Source: Antechinus flavipes
Taxonomy: Eukaryota
Assembly: GCF_016432865.1 (NCBI RefSeq)
Contig: NC_067400.1
Span: 538,904,001-538,968,000 of the forward strand
Direction: 5' to 3'
DNA length: 64,000 nucleotides
Both the position numbers and the translations under genes were made by a program. Below the pieces are notes generated by a model. The model was given only the letters and a program-made list of their open reading frames with translations. It ran no database searches and was not told the DNA's origin. This document shows positions 10,479-23,712 of the stretch, one piece after another; position 1 is the first letter of the stretch, and every line of letters begins with the position of its first letter.

Positions 10479-11028
10479 TGTGAGGGATGTAGAAGATCTT
10501 TACCCAAAATGACTACTCAGAGATCACTGAGAAAGCAGAAAAATTATTTATTAATAAATTCTCATGAGAATGAGCAATTCCACTGCGAGGAGGGAAAGAG
10601 AGAAAGCTCTCAGTAGAATACAGTTTTTATAGGTTTGGTAACAAAGGATTACATCATAGGTTGGGGAATATTGAGAAATAGGTGCCTTCTCCCCTGATTG
10701 AATGTTAAACATTGGTGCCAAAGGCAGATTAGAATGGAATGCTTTGTTTCCCTGATTCTGAGAGGAATCATCAGTCAGACCTTCAAACTTCAGAAGTTTG
10801 AGCTGACAGCATTTAATAATCTAAATATTGATAACATTGAACAAGGATAAATGTCATCATTTCTGGTTAAGTAAATATATTTCTAACTGGCCAAGGCTCA
10901 AATAAATATGAGCCTGCACATATTATACAGGTCATGGGGAAACACAGAAATAATGAAAATAAAATACAGAAAAATAATTCAAACATTCCTGTAAGTTCTT
11001 CACCTTATCTCTCTCTGTATTCCATACA
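10479..11028 (-). mobile_element. Solo LTR (family A), 550 bp, 4-bp TSD ATGC
   Basis: TG...CA ends; atgc at 10475-10478 and 11029-11032; homologous to 31746-32284. A 4-bp TSD is typical of ERV1-class elements. Confidence 0.88.
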
Positions 11029-11205
11029 ATGCTGTCTGTATTTGCTAGAAAGTTTGCTAGAAGGTTTGTGGTAGGAAATCACTGAATATCATTTTACTTA
11101 TTGTCAAATAAGTAAATCCTGTATTTCAGGAAATGTGTTTGCTTTGAAGCAAATAAAAATAGGGAGTGAAAGAACAATCTTATTCTGTGTCATTGTCTTC
11201 TTCAG

Positions 11206-11565
11206 GCTGAGGGAAGATGAATTTGAAGAGATACAAGAGAGAAATACTACTCGATATGAGTGTCTCTTAGAGACCTCTAAGCAAATCATTCTTGAATGTG
11301 GACACACTGTGTGCAAGAATTGCTCCAGAAAAAACGTTTTGTATCTTCATGTTGTACTATGTGCTCGGAATTCTCCCAGCTCAGAATTCATCAAGTTGAT
11401 ATTGTCATGTACCCTGAAGGAGAAGGCTTTTGTGAGATGCACAGGGAAAACCTGAAGTTTTTCTGTGATACCAACAAGAGTCTACTCTGTGTGACCTGTT
11501 CTAAATCAGAAGATCCTGAGACCCACATACATTGGCCCATTGAAGTGGCTGCTCTCCTTTATAGG
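11206..11565 (+). pseudogene. TRIM-like RING/B-box2 pseudo-exon, paralog of 3379-3717
   Basis: Acceptor ttcttcag| and donor TATAGG|gtaag. 1-nt deletion near 11345 splits ORFs 11135..11455 and 11296..11607; ATG at the homologous position is out of frame; first RING Cys missing; B-box His replaced by Pro (CAT to CCT). B-box half is closely similar to the minus-strand copy (MYPEGEG.CE.HRE.LK.FC....LLCVTCSKS....HIHWPI.VAAL.YR). Confidence 0.82.
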
Positions 11566-11821
11566 GTAAGTCATATTGCAGTCATGGAAATCCCTAGATT
11601 GCTTTGAAGTATTCCTTGGTTGTGACCCTTTCATGTCCATTGTGGTTATTTCTGTATTAATTTATCCCATTGAGCTATTATCATTCTGCTTACTCAGCAA
11701 TCTATCAAAAGAGGTCAAACAGCCACTTTTTCCTGCTGTGATTCTTCCTTAAACATCAGACAGTATTGGTATTTCAGGGCTCATGAATTTCTCAGCCTTT
11801 CACATTGCATGCTCTCAGCCT

Positions 11822-12735
11822 AGGGTGGATACATTCTTGATAACTTTTTGAGCATAGTTCCAAATTGCTCTCCAGAATGGCTGGATGTGTTCACAATTCC
11901 ACCAACAATGTATCAGTGTCCCTGTTTTCCCACATCCCCTCCAACATTCCCCATTATTTTTCCCTGTCATTCTAGCCAATCTGACAGGTGTGTAGTGGTA
12001 TCTCAGAGTTGTCTTAATTTGCATTTCTCTGATTAATAATGATTTGGAGCATATTTTCATATGTCTATAAATAGTTTCAATGTCTTTGTCTGAGAATTGT
12101 CTGTTCATATCCTTTGACCATTTATCAATTGGAGAATGCTTTGATTTCTTATAGATTAGAGTCAATTCTCTATATATTTTGGAAATGAGGCCTTTATCAG
12201 AACCTTTGATTGTAAAAATGTTTTCCCAGTTTATTATTTCCCTTCTAATCTTGTTTGCATTTGTTTTGTTTGTACAAAAACTTTTCAATTTGATATAATC
12301 AAAATTTTCTATGTTGTGGTCAATAGTGATCTCTAGTTCTTCTTTGGTCATAAATTCCTCCCTTTTCCACAGGTCTGCGAGGTAAACTATCCTATGCTCT
12401 TCCAATTTATTTATCATCTCATTCTTTATGCCTAGGTCATGAACCCATTTTGACCTTATCTTGGTGTACGGTGTTAAGTGTGGGTCAATGCCTAGTTTCT
12501 GCCATACTGATTTTCAATTTTCCCAGCAATTTTTGTCAAATAATGCATTCTTATCCCAGAAACTGGTGTCTTTGGGTTTGTCAAACACTATATTATTAAA
12601 GTTATTGGCTGTTTTGTCCTTTGAACCTAACCTATTCCATTGATCAACTAGTCTATTTCTTAGCCAATACCAGATGATTTTAGTAACTGCTGCTTTATAA
12701 TATAATTTTAGATCTGGTACAGCTAGGCCACCTTC
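11822..12735 (-). mobile_element. Internal L1 ORF2 fragment (C-terminal Cys-rich region), lacking both ends
   Basis: ORF 11815..12417 contains KGLISKIYREL...DKWSKDMNRQFS...CWRGCGKTGTLIHCWWNC; no poly(A) tail. Confidence 0.92.
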
Positions 12736-14459
12736 TAAATGAAATATTTATAAGGCTTCTAGAACAGGGGAGATGTAGTAGACATTGACTACATGTGGAT
12801 TGATTTATTGGTACAATGCAAGACTTGGAAATTCAAGGGTCTGACTCCTGATTCAGATTTTAACTAGCTGTTCTGACTCTGGGAGAGCTAGAAAGTTTAC
12901 ATGAAGGTATAACAGAATGTAGAATAAGAAAAAATAATTCATGCCAACCCATAAAGATACAAAGCCAAAAAAGGAAAAAAAAATTGTTGTTAAACTGAAA
13001 GATATTTTGTACAAAAGACATGGACTTTCTCAAAAAAGTCTTCAGGATAAAAACATTTATCAGTATCATGTGAATTGTGGAATAATGTTTGGTAAAGACA
13101 AGAAGGCAAAATTGATCAATGAAAAAAATGGGAAAATTTAATAGAATTTGGTGGTTTCTTGCAGGTATGTACATTATATGTACGCCTTCTGACTACTGCT
13201 TGTGACAATAAACTTCTCATAAATTTGATTTCTGGTAAATGTGTTATTGTTATCTAAATATTATTGCAATAAAATGAAAGTTATAATAATCTACCTCTGC
13301 TATGACTAGTAGTAAAAATTTGTGACTGCAATTTGATATTCTCAATTTTGAATTCATATATATTATCTGAATTATTGTCAGTAATCCACCATTTGAGGGA
13401 AGTGCTATGAGTTACTCAAAGAAAGTGCTAACTGAAAACTGCTACAGGTCAGTTATTGCCTATGCCTGGGTATCTTGAGAGCCTTACAAAGTATAGTAGG
13501 ATATTCTTACTCAGTTTCATCCTTGTGTTGTATAACTTTTTTTGAATAGGAATATTTTTCTTCTGATTAATCCTGAGTTTCCTTATAGTACCCTATGAAT
13601 AAGGTGGAATTTTTTATATGAGTGACTATTACAAAAAGTTAATTATTATCCATTTAAAATTCAACAGACCTAAAGATACTTTATCCTATTATACCTAAAA
13701 TAAGTCATTCTGTAGCCTTGGGCAATTGTCTTGATATAACTATGTCCCTCCTTTTCACAGCAAATGTCTCTATGGCAGATAAAACCAATTTTTTAGACTA
13801 ATTCTTGTTGCGGTGGTGCCTTTGAATTGCTATATTGGGATGGAAATACAAAACACTTCATTCTTGTTGATATTTGACCTAAAATTCGTGTTTATAAGAT
13901 TAAGTACTTAAGATCTGAACTAGTTTTACTAGAGGGCCAATCTGATTAGATTTCATCAGGTTTTGCTAAATTACACTGTTTTATTACTAATAGGCTTCAT
14001 TTAGGAAATCTTTACAAATGACTTGGGATGTGGATGTTAGTCAAAGGGCAGTAGAGGAAGATCCTGATTGGAGTTAGGGCCATCATGGGAGCAGTTACCA
14101 GGGAAATGGTCCAAGAAGATGTGCATGGATGCTTGAGAAACAAGTAAGAGACACTTGCCACACAATTAAAAGAATAGATTATGCACAGGATTTGACACAT
14201 AGATGGTGGTCAAAGCAAGGTGTTATTCATCAATAATTGCAGTTGGGAGAATAATATGATATCAACTTCTCTGGAAACCTTTAGGGGTCCTTTTTGCAGG
14301 ATAATTGTTATTTAATAGAGGAGTAATCTGAAGAGATATATTCAACTGTGTTGGCCAGAGAGAGAACACTGAATCTTAATTACCATCATGATAACTATTC
14401 TATGGATCAGAGTATCCATTTAAATTATATTCAAATTCTTAAACAAAAGTGTGAAAGAG

Positions 14460-15975
14460 GGCATTGAACCTTGCAAAACCTTGTGTTCCAAATCCACCCC
14501 CCACTGACTCCTTTAAATGGCAAGTAATTCAATATATTAAACATGTTAAAATACATGTTAAATTCAATACATGCATGCATATTTATATAATTATCTTGTT
14601 GCACAAGAAAAGTCAGACCAAAAAGGAAAAATGAGAAAGAAAATAAAATACAAGCAAATAAGAAAAAGAGTGAAAATGTTATGTTATAGGATATACTGTG
14701 ACATATTTAACATGTATAGGACTGCTATACGTGGGGTATATTCTGAAGGGAGGGGATGAAAGGAGGGAGGGAAAAAGTCAGAACAGAAGTAAGTGCAAGG
14801 GATAATGTTGTAAAGAAATTTTTTCCAAAATAAAATATAACAAAAAAAAAAAAAACCCAACCAACCAACCAAACAAACAAACAAAAAAGAAAATGTTATG
14901 TTATGATTCACCCTCAATTCCCACAGTCTTCTCTTTGGGTATAGATGGGTCTCTCTCTATCACAAAATCGTTGGAAGTGGTTTCAATCATCTCATTGCTG
15001 AAAAGAACCATGTCCGTCAGAAATGATCAACATATTATCTTGTTGTTATGTACAATAACCTCCTGGGTCTGCTCATTTTACTTAGCATCAGTTCATGTAA
15101 GTCTCTCCAGGCCTCTCTGAAATCATCCTGCTGATTGTTTCTTATAGAACAATCATATTCTATAACATTCATATACTGTAACTTATTCAGCCATTCTCCA
15201 ACTGATGGGCATCCACTTAGTTTCTCATTTCTTGCCACTACAAAAAGGGCCACCACAAAAATTTTTGCACATGTGGGTCCCTTTCTCTCTTTTAAGATCT
15301 GTTTGGGATGTAAGCCTAGTAGAAATACTGTTGTATCAAAGGGTATTTTGATAGCCCTTTGGGCACAGTTCCAAATTGCTCTCCAGAATGGCTAGATCAA
15401 TTTACAACTCCACCAACAGTTTATCAGTGTTCCAGTTTTCCCATATCCCCAACATTCAACATTTGTCTTTTCCTGTCATCTTAGCCAGTCTGAGAGGTAT
15501 GTAAACCCTCAGAGTTGTCTTAATTTGCATTTCTCTGATCAATATAGTGATTTAAAGTACTTTTTCATATTTCTAGGAACAGTTTCAATTTCTTCATCTG
15601 AAAATTGTCTGTTCATGTCCTTGGACCATTTATCAATTGGAGAATGGCTTGAATTCTTATAAATTTGAATCATTTCTCTATATATTTTAAAAATGAGACC
15701 TTTATCAGAACCCTTGAAGGTAAAAATGTTTTCACAGTTTATTGCTTCCCTTCTAATATTGTCTGCATTAGTTTTGTTTATACAAAAACTTAATATACTC
15801 AAAATTATCTATTTTGTGTTTAATAATGTATTCCAATTTTTCTTTGGCTACAAATTCCTTCCTTCTCCACAGATCTGAGAGGAAAACTATCCTTTGTTCT
15901 TCTAATTTGTTGATAATATCTTTTTATGTCTAAATCATGAATCCATTTCAACCTTACTTAGTATATGGTTTGGGT
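14460..15975 (-). mobile_element. L1 3' region (ORF2 end + 3'UTR), host of a nested insertion
   Basis: ORF 15539..15802 KGSDKGLIFKIYRE...SPIDKWSKDMNRQFS; L1 3'UTR text; boundaries approximate. Confidence 0.9.
14687..14888 (+). mobile_element. Short L1 3' end nested in the opposite orientation, 15-bp TSD
   Basis: A/(AACC)/(AAAC) tail; TSD gaaaatgttatgtta at 14672-14686 and 14889-14903. Confidence 0.9.
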
Positions 15976-18900
15976 CAACATATTGCCTACTACAGTCGGA
16001 GTGATGTAGGGGATGGAGATTAATGTTTTGAGCCTTCATGGAATTTAAGACTAGGAAAAAAATGACAGAATTTATTCTGGATTTCACAGTCTACCACAAT
16101 TTTTGGCAGTGGAGGTTAAATTCAGGTTTCTCTTAGTTCCAAGTTCAGGTCTGTTTGCTAAGGCAAGGCTATTTTCTAGTAGTTAGCATGTTTCTAAGGC
16201 AGTCAGTGAAAATTCTGATCTGAACTGGTTAATAATCACCAACTTTTATATAATGATTTAAGGTTTAAAGTTTTTTATGTTACCTCACTAGATCTTCAGA
16301 ACTCAAAGAAGTTCTATTGTTAGTTCTATTTTCCAGATTATGAAACTGAAGCAGAGAAATCAAGTGACTTTCTCAGAACCACAGTCAACATATACCCAAT
16401 TCATAGGATCATCCAGATATTCCTCTTTCGTACACATCCTTCATCCATGACTACCCTAAGATCAAATACAGGAAAATCCTGGATTTTGAAAATTGGAGTA
16501 AAAATTTAATAATTATGCACATACACACATATATAATTTGCACATGTATATTTTTGCACACACCCACATCAAGTTGGTTTTTCTATGAGTTAAGTTCTTA
16601 ATGCTAATAATAAAACACAATAGTGAGGAAGGAGTAGAAAAGAAGAGTTTTCACTGGGGAATTGATCTTTGATAAGAATTCTTCCCAGTTTGGGCTACAT
16701 CAAATATTTTTTGAGCTAATCAAAAAAAATATCAAAAATATAAGATTCATAAGAATTCATAAGAACTCTCCTATTTAAGACCAATATACAAAGCTGACAT
16801 TAAGTCATCTTTGCATATATCTAAAAATTAATTGTCTCCTTCCCCACCAAACTTTACCTGGGCTTTGAGGGCCCAGAGATCAGGAATTAATCTTTGATTA
16901 TGTGTCATTGACTTATTAACAATCTTGTTTAAAAATTGTTGGCTCTTCAGAATATGGTTAAATGACTAAAATCAAATAGATTACAGGCATAAAGAAAACC
17001 AATCATTATTAAATGAATAACATTTTTTTCTCATGCAAGATTTATTGTTGACCCTGGGCAAGTCACCCTGCCTTCATTTCTTCTCTTCATCTGCCAAATG
17101 AATTATAGAAAGAAATGAAAAAATGACTCCAGTATTTTTGCCAAGAAAAGCCCCCCAAACACTAATATATTGTTGGTGGAATTGTGAATACATACAGCCA
17201 TTCTGGAGAGTCTTTAAAAAAAAAAAAAAAAGCAAGGGAGGCCTGGCAAAACCACTAGCCTCTCTCTTTCAAAGTTATCTGGGTCAAGTGGAAAGATATG
17301 AAGATAATGTATATCTTCAGAATAGGGACAGGACAAAGATATATGACAAAGGTAAAGCTTAACTTTAATGAATTAGCAAATTTCACTTTAGTGAATTTAG
17401 CTTACTACTTGGGAGGGAAAAGAGATGCCATTGACTTTGAAATGTTTTCCATTGGGTAAAACAAAATATATAAGTCTTTTGACAGTTGTAACTGTATCAA
17501 TAATGTGTTAATAATTGTATCTTATTCCGGGTTCCTCTGATTCCTCCTTTCTAGTCAAGTACCTTTATAAATAGTATAAAGTAGCAATAGCAGGAAGTAA
17601 GACTGCAAAGGAAAATATGGAAGTCCTGAACAAACCATACCAAATATCAAAAGAGCATTATCACACATTAGCCAAAATTCACATCTTGGTAATGTGTGCT
17701 GAATCAGGGAAAGCCATTTAAGCTTTTTTATTATGGCCTTTTGGTCCTTTGCAATGTAAATTTTAAATTCCAGATATCAGTAATAATACCATTAGATCAT
17801 TAAATGGTTCTAGTAATTTTGAGTTAATTTGAGCACATTAAGTTTTAAGTTTGATAACTTTGAAGTGACTTGGATATGTTAGTGAATACACCTCAAGATA
17901 GCAGAGATAAGAGTTAATCTTTTCTCCAAAAAAAATCTTTTAAAAACAGGATCTCAAATCCCTGCCTGTTGAACATTTCCATCTCTTATGGTCCCAGGCT
18001 GCGAAGTGCTCCCAATTCTCAACCCAATTCCACCTGCACTACAAGCTTCTATACTTCCCCATCTTTTAGCTGCTTGTCTTTGTACTTTCTGTGCTGTTTG
18101 CCCCTATTCCCTCTGTGCTTCATTAAAATATGATTACAGTCCCATTTCTTACTGCCATTATGGTCTTTCTTGGTAAGTATCCAAAGAATGGGCATATCTG
18201 TCCCATTTCATAATTTTATAAGTTAATTATTAATTCAAGTAGTCTTACAATGTTTGCTTTTGTGACAGGGAAAAACAGTGGAAAAGTCAAATTTAAGATC
18301 ATAGTCCTAAATGATAAATTTTAATTTTGATCGTAGAGGCTATAGGAAACTATTGAATTTCTTTCAGGTCCATTTAAATATTCACAAATGTCTAAATATA
18401 TGATTTTATATATGTTTTAGTTACTATCTTTGGATGGATTTTTACTAATTGCTCTTAAGGCCTCAATTCTCAAATTGAACTGAGCCCTTTACATATAGAA
18501 TTGTTCTAATTAATTTTCAAGAAATTTTTTTATTGGAATATTTTTTGAAAATGAAAAAATAAAGAGGAAGTAAATGCTTATTCATATCCTGCACAAAACA
18601 ACTTAAACTATCATACATAAAAGTACATACATTGTATGCATATGAATTGTTAAAAGAAAAGGGAAAAATACTTATAAAACTCAGAATACCAGAAACAGAA
18701 CCCCTAGTCAAAGCAGTCAGGAAGGAATAAATGAGATATTTAAGGCATTAATTTGACACCCTGGAAAATAAAGAATGGTTCAGTAAAACACCATGATTCT
18801 CTGCATGCAATATAGTATTATGGTTTTACAAATAAAAACTTAAAATCCAATAATTTGTCTGTCCAAGGAGATACACAGACAAAATGTATGTCAGCATTAT

Positions 18901-19199
18901 CTATGACTTACATAGTAGAAATAACTGCTTGCCCTTAGGAAAGGACTAAAGAATACTTCCCTTTCTTTTAGTACATGAGATTGCACTTCGTTCAATATAG
19001 TTGATGTAGGTCCATTAAATACAATACCTTTTAATAGTTACACAATCCTAAGCATTTAGTTTAACTAAAAAAAAAAAAAAAAAAAAATTGTCACAACGTG
19101 TCAAAGCTCAAACATTAAATGGACTGATTGCCAAAGAAATCCATCATTCAAAAGGAGGCTGAATAGATAATTATTTTTTAAATTGTTTTGGTTATAGCC

Positions 19200-19720
19200 C
19201 GGGATGGGATAGTTGGGGAGAGCGAGGCTGGTGTAGCCCACATCGCATAGCAAAGGTTCCCGGTATGGAGGAAAATAAAGCCAGCACAGGTGCTCTTGGC
19301 CATTCCGGGACCGGCTACACAGCTTCCCTGTGCCCTGTGCCAAAGAGGTGCCGCCAAGAGTCACGGCATCTCCGAGCCGCAGCCGCCTGGCAGTCCTCAG
19401 CGCAGTCGCAGTGTGGAGCGGTTTTCTGAGGGAGCCGTGACTGGCAGCTTCAGGGCTTTGAAACGGCTGTGGTGCCATCTTTCAGGCCCAGAAGAAATTC
19501 CCCAACTGGGACGCTGGAATGGAGTCCAGAATACTCTCGGACTGGCAGTGTGGGCTTACGTGCCTGCAGTACTCATTGCTGCAACAAGAACCCCACCAAT
19601 AAGGAAACTGCTCCGCTGGAAGCTGTCATCCAAGAAGTCTGCCGGTTCTTGTTCCAAGGTGCCAACATGAACAAGCTGAATTGGATATCCCCCATGAGGT
19701 GCCACCCCACGGTGGAAGAG
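19200..19720. promoter_or_regulatory. CpG-rich, GC-rich island-like segment
   Basis: About 16 CpGs in 19200-19470 and about 22 by 19720 (hand count), in a window otherwise strongly CpG-depleted. Confidence 0.5.
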
Positions 19721-20049
19721 ATCAGCAGAAGTTATATTGTCAAGCTAGTCCTGCTCACTTTAAGAACTGATCTCAACTTAGGAGACAAATTCAGCGAGAT
19801 CTACAAAACCAGCAAGGAGCAGGGTGTCCAATTTCTGGAAAGACTGCACAAACAGAAAACTAGAAGTCTATAGGAAAGAGATCTGCCAAAAGAGGCAGTG
19901 CAAGCGAGATTAACCATCTAGAAATCTAACGTTGAAGACTAAAGAATACAAAAGTACCTGAAGCCCACAGCTTTCTGTACCCAGGAAGAAAACATACTTG
20001 AATTAGAAAGCTATCAGATGGTCAGAAACCCACATTCATGGAGTCAGGA

Positions 20050-21540
20050 GCCACCCATTTGAGGAAGTGGGAGTCAGCAACAGGAACCCAGGAAATCAAG
20101 GTCAGGACCAAAAAGTATCCCACCTGATGCTCCTTCCAAAAATTCTAGGGGGGACGAACCAGGCAATGGAATAAAGTCTAAATCAGGATCTGGAAGTGAA
20201 GATATAAGTAAACAAAAGGAGACACAAATGCTATAAAGAAGCATTATGGCTCCAGTGATACCTAAGAGGCAAACCTAGAGAAAGAGAGTAACCTCAAACA
20301 GAATCTGAGGCAGGAAAATGGCTTGGCCACAAGAACTCCCAGAGTACCTAGAAAGAGGTAAAAAGAAACCTGAAATGGGAGCTAGCTTAAAAAGCTATTA
20401 CACAAGTAATAGACTCTCTGAAAATTAACAGATCAAACAAATCAATAATTTCATGAGAAAAGAAATATTAGAACAAAACTAGAAGAAATATAGAAGAAAA
20501 TAAACGTATGTATTACCAAAAATGACTGGCCAAGTAGAGATAATTTAAAAATCATTGAACTTGCCAAAAAATTATGATTAAAAAGAAAGCCTAAATAGCA
20601 TATTTTAAAAATTATAAATTGAAAAATGGCTAGATCTATTTGAACCAGAAGACAAAATGAAGCTAGAAAGATTTCTCTAGTTACCTCCTGAAAGGACCCC
20701 CTCCCCCCCAAAAAAATTAGGAATAGCCAAAATAAAAATCTTTCAGATCAAAGAAAAGACACCAAGAATCACCCATAACTTTATAGCTACAATTATGAAA
20801 AAGAAAATCTAAGATAAAGGGGGGAAAATGAAGATTTAGGACAATAATTTATCCTGCAAAACTGAGCATATCAAATAGATTAAGAAGGAATATACTCTGT
20901 TGCTAATGGAATATTTATAAAAACTGACCTTGAAAGCATATAAAGCAAAAAAAAAAGCATAAAAAGCATATAAGCAAAGAATAGAAAAACAAAAATATTA
21001 AGCACATCTTTTAATGTCCACCCTACAAATAAACAAAAAAAGACTTTGGAAAAAATATTGAGAAAGAGACTAAATTATTTAATCTTAAAGAATTGGTGGT
21101 TTAAAAAGTTATTATTAAAAAAAAAGAATTGGTGGTTTAAAGACAAGTTATAGAAGTGATAGAAAATTTCATTGAAGATGCAGTTAAAGCATTCTCAAAA
21201 TCCTAAGAGGAAAATTGGTGACTATGTAATTTATATACTTTTATCGATGAAAAAATGGTAACAAATCAATGAATTGGGCATGAAATTAAAAAAAAAACTG
21301 GAAAAGCAATAAATAAATCCAATAAAATGTCAAAATAAAAATTCTGAAAAATAAAGATGAGATTAATAAAAGCAAAAGATTGATAAGTTTGAATTGATTG
21401 TAAAGTACTGATTGTTGATAAGTAAAACTAATAACTTTAAAAAATTGTTTAAAATCTACAAATGTGGTCAATTTGCTTGTCTAAAAAGCCAGTTTTCAAA
21501 TTAGAACAACGCTGGAGAATCATTAACAATAAAGAATGGA
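20050..21540 (+). mobile_element. Old L1/HAL1 5' region and ORF1 remnants
   Basis: Decayed ORF1-type text (agtaaacaaaagg..., gagataatttaaaaatcattgaacttgcc..., gaagctagaaagatttctctagttacctcctgaaagg); boundaries approximate. Confidence 0.7.
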
Positions 21541-22699
21541 TTTTCAGAGGGTAGATAATTTTGATTAAAATTCCAGGTCACAAAAACATTTGAATTTTAT
21601 TTTGTGAGTTTTTCTTAAATGAGACATTAATTTTCCTTTTACAAAAATCAAATTCTCAAGAATCCTCCTTAAGATTCTTCCTCTGGCCTATAGATAGCTT
21701 TATCTTTCCTATATACACATTTCAGATAAAGACACAAAGAGTATTGATATACTGTTGTAAATGAATACTTATGTTTCTTGTTATTAAAATTTTTTAGCTC
21801 TTACCAAGAACAAATGAATGTACTTGAACCAAAGTTAAAAACAAATTGTTCTGTCAATATTATGCCAATGTAGACCTTGGTCCTGATAAACTTATCAATG
21901 AAGAAATAACTGGATGATTTTTCTGAGGGCTAAGTTCTCTGACTATGTGTTGTACTAAGCTTGAGTTATTTTTAGACATCTATAAGTGCTACCACCCTAT
22001 TTTCTGTATTAAAAAAAAAAAAGCTTCACTGTTGGTTTGTGTTGTTTCTTTTAGATATATTTTTATTTTTCCAATAATTAAAAAAATTATTTTAGAGACT
22101 ATTTCCTCATAGGTTCACTTCAACCTAACTTTATTATTTAGTGTAAATTGTCCCTTTTATAAGTGTGATATTGGAGTGGGGCTTGGAAGGAAATCCTTTA
22201 CAAATAACTTGTAGGTGAATTCACTCCTTTGTTAAAAGTGAAAGTGTGAACTCAGATCTCAAGGATTTGGGAAGAACTGGAACTGGATGGAAGAGTAAGG
22301 TTAGAAGGATCAAATGACTCTAATATTCCTAAGAGGGACCTAAAGAGTATCTTTGTATCATTTTTCCTGATCATTATGTGAGTACCTTCCTTGCATGAGT
22401 TATCCATAAAATAGTTTTTTAGGCAAACATAATATGTGACATTCAAGTAAATGTGGCCAGTCCATCTGAGTTGCATTCTCTGCAGTAGAGTTTAGTTTGA
22501 AAAAGATCTCCGTGTTTGATTTCTTATCCTGCCAGGTGATCTTCAGAATCTTTCTAAGACAATGCAAGTGGAAATGATTTATTTTCCTGGCACAGTGCCA
22601 ATATACTTTTCAGGTTTGATAGGTATACAATAATGAGATCTGAATTGTTATTTATAGACCTTTCTTGTTCTGTGATTTCCTATAAAGACTCTCAAATAC

Positions 22700-23712
22700 T
22701 GAATTAGATTTGGCAATGCATGTGTCAACCTCATTATCAATGTCTGCATACCTAGAAAGTATTTTGCCAAGATAAGTGACTTTATCCACAGCATTTAAAA
22801 CTTTTCTATTTGATGTAATCTATTGTTCCACAAATGGTTGATATGGTGCTGGCTGGTAGAGAAGCCTAATTTCTCAGTGTTAATTGTTAGGCTAAAATTA
22901 GCACAAGCAGCAGAGAATTGATCCATATTTGCTGCATCTCAGCTTCAAAGGCTGAATTGAGTGCATAATCATTCATAAACAAACAAAAAAAGTTATGCAC
23001 CAATTCTCCTTCCATTTTAGTCTTGTCTTATAGCCTTATCAAGTTAGATAATTTACCATCAATGCAATAGCTGACCTAATGCTGTGTTCATCCTCATTGA
23101 AGGTACCCAACAATACTGTTGAAAACATGATGCTAAAAAGCATTGGCACAAACACATAGTCTTGCTGTATTGGAAAAGTTCAAGTGCATTATCCATTATG
23201 CAGAACCTGAACAAGCATACCCCAATGAAAATGACAAACTTCTCCAGGCAACCAAATTTTGACATAATTTTCCATATGCTCTCATAACTGACAGTATCAA
23301 AGGCTTTACTCCAATCAACAAACATTGTGTACGGATCTTTGTTCTGCTCCTGGAATTGTCAGGCACCACAAATCATATTGACTGTTAATACAGAAAATTT
23401 CAGTCAGTTTTTGTATGACCAACGGACCCTCTTACATACACACACAACTTATAAATTTCAGTTGGAATAGAATAAGCACTAGGTGCTTTGCCACAGAAAA
23501 GAAGCCCAGTGGCATTCAAAAATCTCTTCTTCTGTTGGCTAGAGACAGATTGACTTCAACCAGAACTAAATGATCAATGGCTTCAGCATTGATTGCTGAT
23601 GGTCTGTTGAGAACACAGAACTATTCAGTTCATTTTTCCAGAATCATGTCTTTATCACAAATAAATGTGGCTCCATCAGCACGTTAATATATCTTTAGCT
23701 CATAAATAGCCT
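22700..23712 (-). mobile_element. RTE-clade LINE reverse transcriptase remnant
   Basis: ORF 23059..23325 FVDWSKAFDTVSYESIWKIMSKFGCLEKF matches the RTE RT motif FVDLTKAFDTVSREGLWKIMSKFGCPEKF. Confidence 0.85.

Noticed and set aside
12870-13500. Possible relic downstream TRIM exons (TTCTTGCAG|gtatgt at 13164; YC.MPGYLESLTKY-like text near 13455-13497)
   Set aside because: Only faint resemblance, with stops and no convincing acceptors or lengths; cannot be supported without alignment.
17988-18180. Cys-rich 62-aa ORF ending at a gtaagt motif
   Set aside because: No domain pattern, no acceptor or partner exon.
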